A program made the translations under genes and the position numbers. This document shows, piece by piece, positions 50,200 through 61,734 of a stretch of DNA of 64,000 bases (positions are counted from its first letter, which is position 1; every line of letters starts with the position of its first letter). The stretch is taken from assembly GCA_950097015.1 (NCBI GenBank), contig CATNEN010000002.1, positions 4,898,001-4,962,000 of the forward strand. The letters run 5' to 3'. The notes below the pieces were generated by a model. It saw only the letters and a program-made list of their open reading frames with translations. It was not told the origin of the DNA and did no database searches. This DNA is from Macrostomum hystrix. Lineage: Eukaryota; Animalia; Platyhelminthes.

Positions 50200-50650
50200 G
50201 TAATCAGGCACTTTCCAGTTGATTCCAGGCGTCGTGAAACGGTTTTTGCTTGTAGTCGTCTCAGCCGCTCCAGAGGGTCTGGTGATGGCACCTGAGCCAC
50301 TTCTCAATGGTGCGAGTAAATCATTCACCTCGGCACCGGGAGCCGGATCACCCGATGGCCATGTCCAGGATTGTTACCATCCTTGGCGAGCTGATCCACG
50401 AGCTCGTTGCTAAGGATGTTGCTGTGCCCCGGGGTTCAGATCAGGTTCAGTCAAGGACCGCTAGGGTTTGCATGCTGTTGAAGCACTCTGCCACCGTCTT
50501 GGCGGTAGTTTTTTAATGTAACATGCAACAGGTAATGGCGGCTTGACGGTCGGTGTAAATGTAAGTAGACTGATTATCCATACCCCTTACTCTGAAAGGC
50601 ATTTTTACAGAGTTGCATTGCACACCGTCGTAATTGAAGGTTTTCACAGG
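50200..50650 (-). mobile_element. Degenerate RNase H domain of a non-LTR retrotransposon
   Basis: IYTDRQAAI and PGHSNILSNELVDQLAKDG across stops and frameshifts. Confidence 0.65.
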
Positions 50651-50755
50651 AGACATTGTGTGATACATAATCACAATTTCTAGCAATAAAATTCGGTAGC
50701 TTTCAGCATTGCGGTTGATAAAACCTTGCTTTACTTTGAGCGCACAGGATTCGGA

Positions 50756-50987
50756 ATGAACATGATCCTGAACGTGTGCGGCCTGGCTGTCGTTCAGGTG
50801 ATTGCTAGCTTAAGCAACGTCGCTGCTGATGTTCGCCTTCATCATCGGCAGGAGCTTTTGAGTGTCACCTGCTTCGGCTTATTCCGGCAGCTCAACCGGT
50901 GCCATCTGGTCTGCGTTAAAGTGTACTTCTGGAGCAACTGGACCAGCACAGAAGCTCAGTGCACTGTGTTTATTCGTGAGACTGGAG
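50756..50987 (+). pseudogene. Internally deleted PAN-like exon, orphan, convergent with the gene at 51417-52677
   Basis: VCGLAVVQVIAS...QELLSVTCFGLF..CHL...FWSNWTSTEAQCTVFIRE with donor GGAG|gtggg. Two deletions relative to the 52371-52677 paralog. Confidence 0.7.
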
Positions 50988-51416
50988 GTGGGCGGTGGCT
51001 GATGGACTGGAATTTATCTCCTGCCAAAATATTCTCGACTGACATGCTTGCTAACTAAAACGCTAAAAAGATAGCGTTGTAAAGATTCAAGCAAGCTATT
51101 TGCCTATTGAATATTATAAACCTATTTGGCGAGTCTTTGGGACCCCAGAAAATAATTTACGCAGAGACGTCCTGCAGCGAAGCTCGACACCTGGTGGATT
51201 TTGCACGAGTGGAAATAAATTGAGCGAAATTTCGGCGCTATCTTTTAATTTTCTCTGGTAAGAACATGTTTCTTTCGTAATTTTATTCTCAGCCACAATT
51301 CGGAAACTTCGCTGGGAATCGATTTAATGTCTAAATAGTCATCGTGCTAATACGAGACAGTGGTATCATCAGTCAACATCCGTCAACAAGATTCAATAAG
51401 AAAGCAGCAATGAGAT

Positions 51417-52677
51417 TCAGGGAAATCGGATTCCGAAGACCTCTAATTCGCAAATCGTCACAGGTGTGTTGGACTGTCGACTGAGAAGCTTAATCTTGCT
51501 TCCGTAGCCGAAGCAGGTCAGGTTGAGTATGCTGAATGTGGCGAATGTGTTGTTGTATTGGTTACACTGAGCTCCGTCAAGCAGCAGGACGAAGTTTCTC
51601 AGTCTCTCAGTGCAGCAGTCTTGCCTGTTGTAGATGGTGACGTAGGAGATGACTGCAGTGGCGGACAGCTGGCCCTCTACCATTCAAAGGTCACAGTGGC
51701 GGCTGTGCTGCTGCAGGAGCCACTGTTAAAGTGCTGGCTTCTGATTCCGTCAATCGATCGATCGCAGGACGATTTGTTGTTGTAGTTAGAGCTCTGGTTG
51801 CAACTGCCGATTGAAAGTCTCTGAGGGACTGTTCGAGGGAAGCAGGTATTGAGGTCGATCGATTGTGCTCGTTATGAAGTAGCTCGTAGTACTTTATGCA
51901 ATTTTTTTTCTAAGTTTAAGACTGTTTTCTGCGTGAGGTATGAGACATTTCTGAGTTCTCTTGAATGAGGAGGTTATACTCTAATGGTTAGAGCGCCAGA
52001 CCCACGAGGTCGGGGGTTCGATTCCTGACTCTACTGGAAAAACTTGTGAACTTTAACAAGACACTTAACTCTGCATTGCTTCAGTTCACCCAGCTGTAAA
52101 TGGGTACCAGCATTAGCTGGGGTAATTTTGGGTGGGTGTGGTGTCCCACCAGTCCATGGACTGAACAGCTGTACGCACGCAGCCTTCAGATGCGCTGAGC
52201 AAAATCTGCGGCTGTGCTGTTGGCTGCACATCTGGCCAAACATCTGGCAGGTGTATTAAATTATTACTAAATTATTAAACATTGAATGACAAGCAGTTGG
52301 CGATTAAACGCCCGAACATACGCGAAATATAATTTGTCTAAGGTAAAACTCCTATGGACATGGAAGTCACCTGCTATATCCCGAATATACACGGAGCGCT
52401 GAGTTTCTGTGCTGGTCCAGTTGCTCCAGAAGTACGCCTGAACGCTGAATAGGTGGCACCGGTATTGCAGCCGGAAGAAGCCGAAGCAGGTGACACTCAA
52501 GTCGCACAGGTGGGCGCATTGAATGTCAGACCCGTGTCCCAGCAGCTCCTGGCTGATTGATGCCGGAGCACTCGAGCTGGAGCTCATGCCGATGATGAAG
52601 CGAACATCAGCAGAGGCAGTGCTTGAACTAGCAATCACCTGGACAATGGCGATGCTGCACACGATCAGGAGATGCAT
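51417..52677 (-). pseudogene. PAN-like + F-type lectin gene with a 1-nt frameshift; complement(join(51417..51828,52371..52677))
   Basis: Signal peptide and PAN-like exon with phase-1 donor. Lectin exon VPQRLSIGSCNQSS...SIDG...CSST...EW then a shift (tgg ta gag ggc). The binding His is replaced by Ser and the last PAN Cys by Arg. Confidence 0.78.
51980..52245 (+). mobile_element. SINE family B in the lectin intron
   Basis: TGGTTAGAGCG, GGTTCGATTCC, CACCCAGCTGTAAATGGGTACC. Confidence 0.85.
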
Positions 52678-53204
52678 TGTATGATCACGGCAAATAACAG
52701 CTGAAACATTTTCAAGCGCTTTTTTGGAGTGCGAAGAGACGAAATTCTTAAATGCTGGATCCTGAATTTCAGAAATGTTATATTAACTTTCGCTAAATAA
52801 ACAATTCTGAAAGGAATGGTGCAGAGCGCGGTAGAACTGCCTCGAGTGTGACATGAGTGGCATTCGCTGACAAATCTATCGCGAGACAAGCAGGTGTTTC
52901 AGATGCTCTTGAAATTGTCAGTCCGTCACTTCTGACACCACATCAAATTTACTTTTTGTAATTGCCTTGTGAGCGCATGCGCTCGTTACAAGCTATTGAA
53001 AACTCGCGCATGACTGACTATCATGTTTTTTGCTTTATTCAGTCTCTCAAAGAAATATTTTACTGTCAAATCTATAAAAAGCTATTATCCAACAAGTATT
53101 TTGCTTTTTTGCACTCACCCTTCACTAAAAAACACAATACAACCGCAGGCAGCTGCCCAGAAGCATCTGGCGGCGCTGGGTGGCGCTCACGTCTAGGACG
53201 CTGG

Positions 53205-53425
53205 TGCGTGAGCAGGTGCATGAGAAGGTGCATAGACAGGTGCGTGAGCAGGTGCATGGACAGGTGCGTGAGCAGGTGCGTGAGCAGGTGCGTGAGCAGG
53301 TGCGTGAGCAGGTGCGTGAGCAGGTGCGTGAGCAGGTGCGTGAGCAGGTGCATGGACAGGTGCGTGAGCAGGTGCGTGAGCAGGTGCGTGAGCAGGTGCG
53401 TGAGCAGGTGCGTGAGCAGGTGCGC
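53205..53425 (+). repeat. 12-bp minisatellite (GTGCGTGAGCAG), ~18 copies
   Basis: Directly visible. Confidence 0.95.
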
Positions 53426-54049
53426 CACTCGCCAGGCTTGATTCGTCTTGCCGGAGACGATTGATTATCGACGATGGACTAAACATTGAAACTACGCAAT
53501 GGACACTTGTGGTGAAGTGTGTTTGTAATCTTTCAGCAATGCACTAATTTATTTGTGCTCATACAGTATATACCACTTCTTTGATTATAAAGTTTATTAT
53601 TATTTACGCACGCCAATTGTTAGTCTAAGTAGTCTAGAAGAGACACGAACATTTAAAAAAATTGTACTTTGAATTGCAGCAGCACTTTGAAGTTTGTTTA
53701 AACCAATAAAAAATCGACTAACTTCAGGTTTATCACGCAAAAGCAGCATCACACATGTCGCACATTGGTCCAACTATCTGGCCTAAAAATTTCTGGGATT
53801 GATAATTAGTACTAGTAAATAAAGTAGTCGAGCTATACTAAGCATTTACTTTTTCATCCTTTGATAATCAAGATTTAAGCTTTAAGCTTCATCTTTGCAT
53901 AAAGCATTATTTGCTTGGCTATCTCTAAAGAACCGATATTAACCAATTTTCCACGAAGTCAGCGAATCCAAGTGGCGACTTAAGCGGTCCTCTAAGAAAA
54001 TACGCGTAGAAACTCGTTTTTCTGGGCGAGCAGAGTATCGAAAAGACCT

Positions 54050-54752
54050 TATTGATTTCACGCTTCATAATTTGGAAATAACAATTTTACTTAAACTGGC
54101 CTAATCCGCGCCCTACTCTTCCCGAGAGGCTCCGGTTGTCTCTGCTTTCAGCGCTGCCCCGACAAATCCTATCGGTTGGCACTCCTTCTGCCTGACGGCG
54201 GAGTCTCCGAAGAGAGCACGTACTGACTTCGACAACAAGCGCCTATCTAGACCACCCTTGTCAGCGGCGCACTCTCAAGACGCGTAGCGCCGAAAGCTAC
54301 CTAACTGAACAAGCGGAGCGTGGTCGGCCGGGGAGAGACAAAACAAAGTAGACTGGTTTGCACGTGCTTCTCACAGTGTGAGGCGAATTGCGGAGAACGA
54401 TAAAAGTCACTGCAAAAACACGCTTCCTTTTATAGAGTCATGTTAACCCCAAATTAGGTCGATCGGCGAGGTGGATGCCTGGCTGTAGCTTGAGCCAAGG
54501 TGACAAATCACAGTAGACTTGCGACCGCCGTTCTGAGCCCCGGGGTAGCTTCTTGCCGAGGGTAGACAGGTAGTGAGGCCGGGTCACTCGCTGATTGGCC
54601 GGGACTGTAGCCCAGGGGTAGCGCTCGCGGGGTGGTGGGCGTCCGTTCCCCCGGCTGGTCCGGCCCGGCTTGGCGTGGGTGACCTTTAGCAAAAAAAATA
54701 AGTATTGAATAATAACACGGGGCGATAGAAGGGAAAACAAGCTGACACTACA
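54050..54752 (-). mobile_element. GC-rich LTR-like segment (tentative)
   Basis: Minus strand begins TGTAGT and carries GGCCAATCAG followed by CTATAAAAGG. No second end or TSD established. Confidence 0.3.
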
Positions 54753-54868
54753 GACGTACTTAGTATTATATAATTAAGGTGTTTCACGGGCTGTACCTGG
54801 CTGGAAACATTTTAGGCCGGAAATACTTCGCACCGCTTATTCTTGTTTTACACTCCCCATGCTCGAGT

Positions 54869-54887
54869 GCCGCGTGCTGCACGCGGC
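54869..54887. promoter_or_regulatory. 19-bp palindrome GCCGCGTGC-T-GCACGCGGC containing an MRE-like TGCACGCGGC
   Basis: Perfect 9-bp arms, ~360 bp upstream of ATG 55228. Paralogous copy at 56281. Confidence 0.5.
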
Positions 54888-55227
54888 TTGGAAATCTGCG
54901 AGGGAGATGGAGAGAAATTGCAGTCTAGCTCACTGAATGAGCAGTCTAGCTCAACAAATTGAAGAGTGAAAGAGTGAGCTAGCACAGAAAATACGTTTCA
55001 GGGGCTGCCATTGTCCTCGAAAATTCTAGAAAGATAAGTTTGGATAATATTCTGCGATGCTTCTATACTAGGAGAGTGGTGAGCTATTGTTGGTTAGGTT
55101 TCATGGTTTCACTTTAGGGCGGGCGGTCAAGGGCAAGGGGCTTAAATACTCACCAAAGAACTGGCGAGGGTATCAAACTCCTGCGTTTAAGACTGACACT
55201 GACAATTCTTATCGACAAAGTTCTGAC

Positions 55228-55614
55228 ATGAAGCTCCAGCTGGTCTTCGCTCTGGCGCTGGCGGCCTGCTTTGTCGCCGTGACCATCTCGGCCCCGAATG
55301 TGGAAGAGAACCTCGAGGAGCCAGCCAATGACTCCGCCCAGATGGACTCTGACCTGGAAGAGGTGCAGCCTGAGGCCAAGCTACGCATCGCTTCCGTACC
55401 GAGTCGGCGCCGTCTGAAGCGCTCGCTGAAGCGTTACCTGAAGCGTTCGATAAAGCGCAAACTGAAGCGCTTCGTGGTCAAGGTGGCAGCCTACAAACTG
55501 AAACGCAGTCTGAAGGGTCTACCCAAGTTTCTTAAGTACAGAGTGCACCACCACCACCACCACCACCACCACGTGGATACCAGCTACAGCAGCAACGCTA
55601 CGGCTGTCTACTAA
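55228..55614 (+). CDS. Secreted precursor, 128 aa: signal peptide, acidic pro-region, cationic (xLKR)n helix, His9 tail
   Basis: MKLQLVFALALAACFVAVTISA leader. 23 K/R and no D/E in the 53-aa block RIASV...LKYR. TATA-like CTTAAATA at ~55141. Paralog conserved at 56611. Confidence 0.85.
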   Translation: MKLQLVFALALAACFVAVTISAPNVEENLEEPANDSAQMDSDLEEVQPEAKLRIASVPSRRRLKRSLKRYLKRSIKRKLKRFVVKVAAYKLKRSLKGLPKFLKYRVHHHHHHHHHVDTSYSSNATAVY

Positions 55615-56280
55615 TTAGTCGTTATAAGGTCACCATAAGCTTGCGTTGGCTCAGAAAGCCAAATCTAAAATAGACAACACAACTAACCATTGATAATACG
55701 AGTAATTATGTCTCGTAAATCCCTTATTTTATACGAAGTATTCTGAAACAAAGAAATATTGGCAAATAAAAAAAATATGAAGAACTAAGTAATAATTTTT
55801 GTGCACTTCTACAATAAATATGACTTTCTTGCTTTCATAATTTTTAAAGGCTTTCATTGTCGTAGAAAAACTTTATGTTTAGAAATTCAACAGCTTCAAG
55901 ATGTGTTATCTAAATACGAGTCTAATATTGCAAAACTATTACTCAGCAACTTCTACTCTAATGAGGTATGTAAATGACCTATACCGCCCGTGATGACCTC
56001 TACCAGAGGTGGTTTGAGTTTCTGACTGTTGACCAAGAGCTCAGGATTGTGAATCCCAATCCCGATTGCTTAAATTCAGGCCAGTAGAAATAAGAGTGCC
56101 GATAGAGCCGTTTCCCAGTCCATGGACAGTACAGCTGTCCACTAGCTCATGGAAGTTGAAATCATGCTTGAGTTTAGTGCTGTAAAAGATAACTGGAAAT
56201 ATTTTGAGCCAACAAGCTCTTTCCAGTAGCTTTGTATATTTTTGTGTTTACCTCAATGTGTTTTCGCTAGAAAACAGCGA

Positions 56281-56299
56281 GCCGCGTGCAGCACGGGGC
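56281..56299. promoter_or_regulatory. Paralogous palindrome GCCGCGTGC-A-GCACGGGGC
   Basis: One mismatch from perfect symmetry, 330 bp upstream of ATG 56611. MRE-like TGCACGCGGC on the minus strand. Confidence 0.5.
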
Positions 56300-56610
56300 G
56301 ACTGAGTTACCGCTGGAGAGACAATTACTAGACTAATAAACCAGAAGCCCCCCTCCTCTGAAGCGAGTCACGCATCTTGCAGTAAGAGGTCCTTAGCTAT
56401 TGAGATGCCAATGCCATTGTCAAATAGTGCCCGAGAATGTCTGAAGTAGAAAACTAAGGTAAATAGGAGTGGCGCCTTTAAAATAGCCGAAGCCTGACAA
56501 TATTTGCGACCGAATTTCAGCAGTCGCACCTGACCTTACAATAATTTAATACTTTTTAAAATTCATTAAAACTCATCGCTACCCACCTTAAAGCATTAGC
56601 GAGTTCAAGT

Positions 56611-57075
56611 ATGAAGCTGCAACTTGTCGTCGCTCTGGCCTTCGTGGCCTGCTTCGCCGCTGCGACCATCGCCGCCACGAATGTCGAAGAAAACCTGGAC
56701 GATTCAGTCGCTAATTCTGACAAGCTGACTGACTCGGAGTCGGACATCGAGGATGTTCTTTCCGAGGCCAAAATGCGGATGATGCCTGCTCCCGGACGGC
56801 GTCGCTTCAGGCGTCACCTGAAGCGCAAACTGAAGCGCCACCTGAAGCGCAAATTCAAGCGCGTTGCGATCGCTGTTTTGACTTACAAGCTGAAGCACCA
56901 ACTGAGGAAATATGGCCGCAAGTTCAGAAGCTACCGTCCAGAAGACCCACATGACCACTACCCGCACCACCACCACCAGCACCATTATCATCGCCACACT
57001 GAGGGCGTCCTCCGCGACAACGCTACCGAAGCGGAAGCTCCGGGACATCCAGGGAGGCCAGGAATGCGCGGCTGA
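56611..57075 (+). CDS. Paralogous secreted cationic/His-rich precursor, 154 aa
   Basis: MKLQLVVALAFVACFAAATIAA leader, NVEENL..acidic linker..EAK, RRRFRRHLKRKLKRHLKRKFKR..., His-rich tail, N-A-T sequon, AATAAA at ~57091. Confidence 0.85.
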   Translation: MKLQLVVALAFVACFAAATIAATNVEENLDDSVANSDKLTDSESDIEDVLSEAKMRMMPAPGRRRFRRHLKRKLKRHLKRKFKRVAIAVLTYKLKHQLRKYGRKFRSYRPEDPHDHYPHHHHQHHYHRHTEGVLRDNATEAEAPGHPGRPGMRG

Positions 57076-57589
57076 ATTCCCGTCTGTCTGAAATAAACAA
57101 TAATTAAAAAAGAACGTAAAAAACGTAATGGTAGGATCTGAAAAACTACAACCAATAAACAGCAAGTGCACAAATCATTTAGTATTTTAAATCAACTGGC
57201 TACAAAACCTAGATTCAAACAAAAATCTACAACTTACACATTTTACTGGCATTGAGTAGTGTATTCAGTTAGTTATTTGCTCCGTTTTGCAGACGTTTTG
57301 CAAGTGGCTCTAAGGCGTGATACCTCTAAGGCGTGATACTTGATACCCAGAGACTTCCTATCGAGTCACCTGTCAATTGCTGATCAGTGCTTCACTGCTT
57401 CTAGATGTAGTACCGTAGATGCATTTCATTTTCAAGATGGATTTTTAACAGTAGAAAGACCACGCTATTAACCATCTCCCAGACAAAGACCACAGTAATA
57501 CCCACTGCCTATTTCACAATAGCTCCCAAAACTAATGACCAATTTTCGTGAAAGTCCCCCGATGAGAATCGAGGAGAATCTGAGTGATT

Positions 57590-57815
57590 CTGGTGATGGA
57601 AATGTGATTCTGGTGATGGAAATGTGATTCTGGTGATGGAAATGTGATTCTGGTGATGGAAATGTGATTCTATTGATGGAAATGTGATTCTGGTGATGGA
57701 AATGTGATTCTGGTGATGGAAATGTGATTCTGGTGATGGAAATGTGATTCTGGTGATGGAAATGTGATTCTGGTGATGGAAATGTGATTCTGGTGATGGA
57801 AATGTGATTCTGGAA
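57590..57815 (+). repeat. 20-bp minisatellite (GATTCTGGTGATGGAAATGT), ~11 copies
   Basis: Directly visible. Confidence 0.95.
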
Positions 57816-57859
57816 AGTCGTTTTATCGAATAGAGTAGAATTTTTTGCCCGTGTTGTGG

Positions 57860-58170
57860 GTTTTCATGGCTATTGGTCGAATATTTTAGGACATGCAGAA
57901 ACAGTTATAACGTGGGTATTTGGGTAACCCCGAGATCTTTCAACTGTCACCTGCTTCTAACGATCTGTCCTGTCTTCATTGACAACCAATTCACAATTTC
58001 CCATGGCTTCAATTTCTGGGACTCCTTTAGCTCCGAAATCTCCAGCCCACGTCCCAAGACAGTGGCGGCCTGTCGTGTCTTTTGGTTGCAGACAACATGA
58101 CCCAAGAAAATAATCCTTGTGAAAGGCATGAGCACATACTCGATATACAGACTCTCCAAAGAGTTGAGCA
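57860..58170 (-). mobile_element. Degenerate LINE reverse-transcriptase fragment (CR1/L2-like)
   Basis: W..VNWLSMKTGQIV...QLKDLGVT resembles late RT motifs, interrupted by stops. Confidence 0.45.
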
Positions 58171-58789
58171 GTCATCTGCTGACTCTCAATGACATTTTGG
58201 GAGTCAGAGACGGAGCATTAACTCTCGCGAAGGTCTACAAATCAAATTCATTTTGTGCTTGCTGGTGGCTTGCCGTACAATTTCAAAAATGACAGCCCCG
58301 CAAACAAATATAGTTTTTCTTCGTTTTTAACATTGTTAGTGACAATTGATGGAATGGTTAACGCTAGAATCTTCAAAACCCAATCAGAATCGAGCTAGGA
58401 ATGGGATAAAGGAATTTGAAAAAATGCAGCGAGCACTGACCATAGAATTTTCCTGGTTACATTCCTGTAACTGGTTTTCTGCTAAAATTGCGTGCCATTG
58501 CGTGCCCTAGTTTTTGGACACTGAAGACCTGCTGAATCTACTCACTTAAACTGTGAGTCTCTTATTTCATTTTGTAAACTTACAATGTTCATAGTACATA
58601 CTACATAGCGGTACTTAGCTCTTTTATTAGGCAGGCAGCTAGTAAATAGGATTAGTAGAGGTGCTTTCATAAATGAGGCGTAAAGGCGGTGGTTCTTTTG
58701 TTTTTTGATTGATCTTGTGATCAAGTCAGGCGTTAAAGATTTTCAGCAGTGGCCGTCGTTTATTTATTTACGGCTTTCTAGAAAGTTCT

Positions 58790-59035
58790 TTATAATTATA
58801 ACTAAAACAAATAATTATAATTAAAATTAATTAAAAACAAAATAATTTTTATAATTATAATTTTAATTATAATCATAATTAAAATTAAAAACAAAAATAA
58901 ATTATAATTAATATATAATTATAATTATAATAAAAAATTATAATAATTTATAATTAAAATTAAAATTAAAAACAAAATAATTACAATTAAAATTTTAATT
59001 AAAAACAAAAAACAAATATATTATAACTAATTTTG
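58790..59035. repeat. Nearly pure A/T low-complexity tract
   Basis: Directly visible. Confidence 0.9.
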
Positions 59036-60381
59036 TACAGCCTAGAGTTAATGCAAACAAAATAAATGCGTATTGCTTTTAAATAATTTATCCATTTATA
59101 TTAATACCATCATAAGAAAATGATTCCTGAAGAAAATCTAAGAAAATTATAGAAATTTCTACGGTAGAAAAACTATTTTTAGTAAGTACAGTACAATAAC
59201 AAATTACGGTTTGCTACAGATTAAATGATCAACAAAAACCATGGTTTGTTTAAATCTAAACTTGTTGCTTAATAGACTGCTTGGAAAAACTGCCATCGTT
59301 TCACAAAACACATCCTTATAAGCTATAAAATCGATCGTAGAAAGGAAAATTAATTCTGCAATTTGTGAGCACATCATCAGGCCCATTGCTGAATTTACTC
59401 GTAGATAAAAGATATGTTGCGATGAATGGCACCTTGTGTGTTTTGAATTCCCGTATTTCACGGCAGAGGCGGTGTAGGAAGCTGTTTGCGAAAGGCTCGC
59501 TGACTAGAACTGACTGGCTCATGTGCAAGTGTTTCCTCATAATAAAAAGAAGAAATATTACCGAAACGTATATAGTGACGAGTATATCGCCATTCATTTA
59601 AATTGCAACAGTGCTTATCTAAAGAAGACTTGTTAAGTGGACTACTTAGGGTAGATGCTTCAAATACTTAAGCATACACCTCAGTATGCAATTGAGTAGG
59701 CACTTCATTCCCGATAGTCCGTTCGCATGTTGTGCTTATAGCTTGACTGCATGGCGATGCAACAAATGTTTTCAAATTTAAACAAGTATTTACTAAATGT
59801 TTACTAAAGTCGACTGCAGCCATCAGCCCGACAGGTAAAACTTTTAATGAAATATTGTAGCATTGTAGCATTTAGTCTTTTAAGGTAAAGCACAGAAATC
59901 CTAACTTGTCAAACACTCTTTCATCGATTTTTCTTGGCAGATTTTTTCGTTTTAACAAAGCCTCCACGCACTAGCAGAATCAAACTGGCGTCAAAGTTAA
60001 TTAATCAATCTTTTTCAGCAGCGCCGCAAATCCCATTTGGACTCTTTTCAAATGTTTTAAACAATGCCCAACTGCAGCAGCAATTTCCTCAAGCGGCTAG
60101 CCAAGACAGTTTATTTCGTATTAGGGAAGCGGGTACTTTACCAAGCTGACTTGTCTGTCATTTCGCATGAAAACAAACTTGTTGTGATCATCATTTTTAG
60201 CATTTTGTCAGCTTTGTAGCTATGTGTGCACGATAGAAAAGTTACAACATCATGGTAAAACTTGGAGTAAGTCCTAAAGCATTTAAATATCTGATTTATA
60301 TGATAAATCATTCGTTGTGGCCAGAGATAGAAAATACATTAAGATTGTTTAAGAAGCATATTGATCTTTTTAGCAACCGGA

Positions 60382-61481
60382 ATGAAACTCGCAGACGCCA
60401 AGTTAACTGCTGCTGTTCTTTTACTCGCTGCGGTCCTGCAACCGGCCTCTGCAACAACTTCCATCGAGAAAAAATGGCGGTCAGGTGTTGAGAGCCTCTC
60501 TGACTACGCGGCTGTCCGGTCGCACACTGTCGACACTCGAATCCAGTGCACCGCAGCTGCGAGCCGCGACTCCGCGGTGCAGCTCGTGACCTTCAATGCC
60601 AGCTCCAGACTGTGCACTCACTTCAGGTGTCGCCTGGGCCTGAGTCACTGCAGGAAGTGCCGCAATACGAACCAGGGAGCTCAGCGAGTGTGGGTGAGTC
60701 TTACGTGCAGCTTGAATTAATCTTATCACTTCTCTCCTGTCACAGAGGGGGCGTTATTTAATTTTAGTTCATGCACTGTTTGTATCGATGGGTGCACCTT
60801 GCAGACAGTCAGCAGTGAGTGCTGGATCACCGTGCAGCACAGGGTGTCCGGCTCGGTGGACTTTTACCGCAACTGGACACAGTACCAGAGTGAGTTCGGC
60901 GAGGGACCCGGCGGAAACTACTGGATCGGTATGGCGCTGGATGTCTTTCGATAATTTAACTGCCTAGTGCCCCTTGTGGGTTTCAATTTTTCTGTTGCTT
61001 TGCTTTACTAGACTTTTTGTAGTGAAAGGGCAGAAAACGTACTTGACATCGTCATCCAGGACTGAAGTCGCTGCACACTCTGACGTCACTTCAAGCTCGG
61101 AAGCTGAGGGTACTATTGAAGTTGTGGAATGACACCGAGAGCTGGGCTGAGTACTCAAGCTTCTCCGTGGGTTCCGAGTCTACAAACTACACGCTCAGCA
61201 TTTCTGGATTTTCTGCTTTACCCGAGGTCGGAGACAGCCTGTCGAATGGCAATGGTATGCAGTTCTCCACAATGGACGCGGATCACGATGCCTTTCCTGG
61301 AAGCTGCGCCAGTACCTATTTTGGCGCCTGGTGGTTCAACTACTGTTTGAATGCTCATCCAAACGGGCAATACAAGGACTTTGCTAGTGCAATCGGTGGA
61401 GCTTATGCTCAGGGCATCGTGTGGTATGCCCCGTATGGGCTGTACTATTCGCTCAAAGAGATTGAGATGCTTATTATCTAA
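60382..61481 (+). CDS. Secreted PAN-like + fibrinogen C-terminal domain protein; join(60382..60693,60805..60928,61060..61481), ~285 aa
   Basis: Leader [24 protein letters not shown]; TRIQCTAA...[11 protein letters not shown]-like segment. FReD motifs [23 protein letters not shown]...YWI|[48 protein letters not shown] and YYSLKEIEM. The intron-1 boundaries have an alternative solution (60626/60768). Confidence 0.85.
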
Positions 61482-61734
61482 TTGTTCGCGGGAAATGATC
61501 GATCTGGATACAGCGGCTTGTCTTGAACCCACCGGGTTAAACAAAGTTTTTTAGATTCTTTAGCACTGAAACTACATTTCAGTGCCACTTTTATTTGTTG
61601 AAAAAACACACGGTACTTAATTATACTCGTACATTACTTTTTTTAGGTAATCTAACCACTTAACACTCAATACTTAGTTTCAGATTTAGCACCGGCGTTT
61701 TCATCGTGGTGTGACGATTGTTATAGGGAACTTG

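Noticed and set aside
53072-53486. (QVRE)n, (PAHA)n and (THLL)n ORFs
   Set aside because: A 12-bp repeat is open in several frames on both strands; no signal peptide, splice context or paralog supports coding.
59204-59871. Minus-strand ORF fragments, possibly a decayed transposase
   Set aside because: No motif I can identify with confidence.
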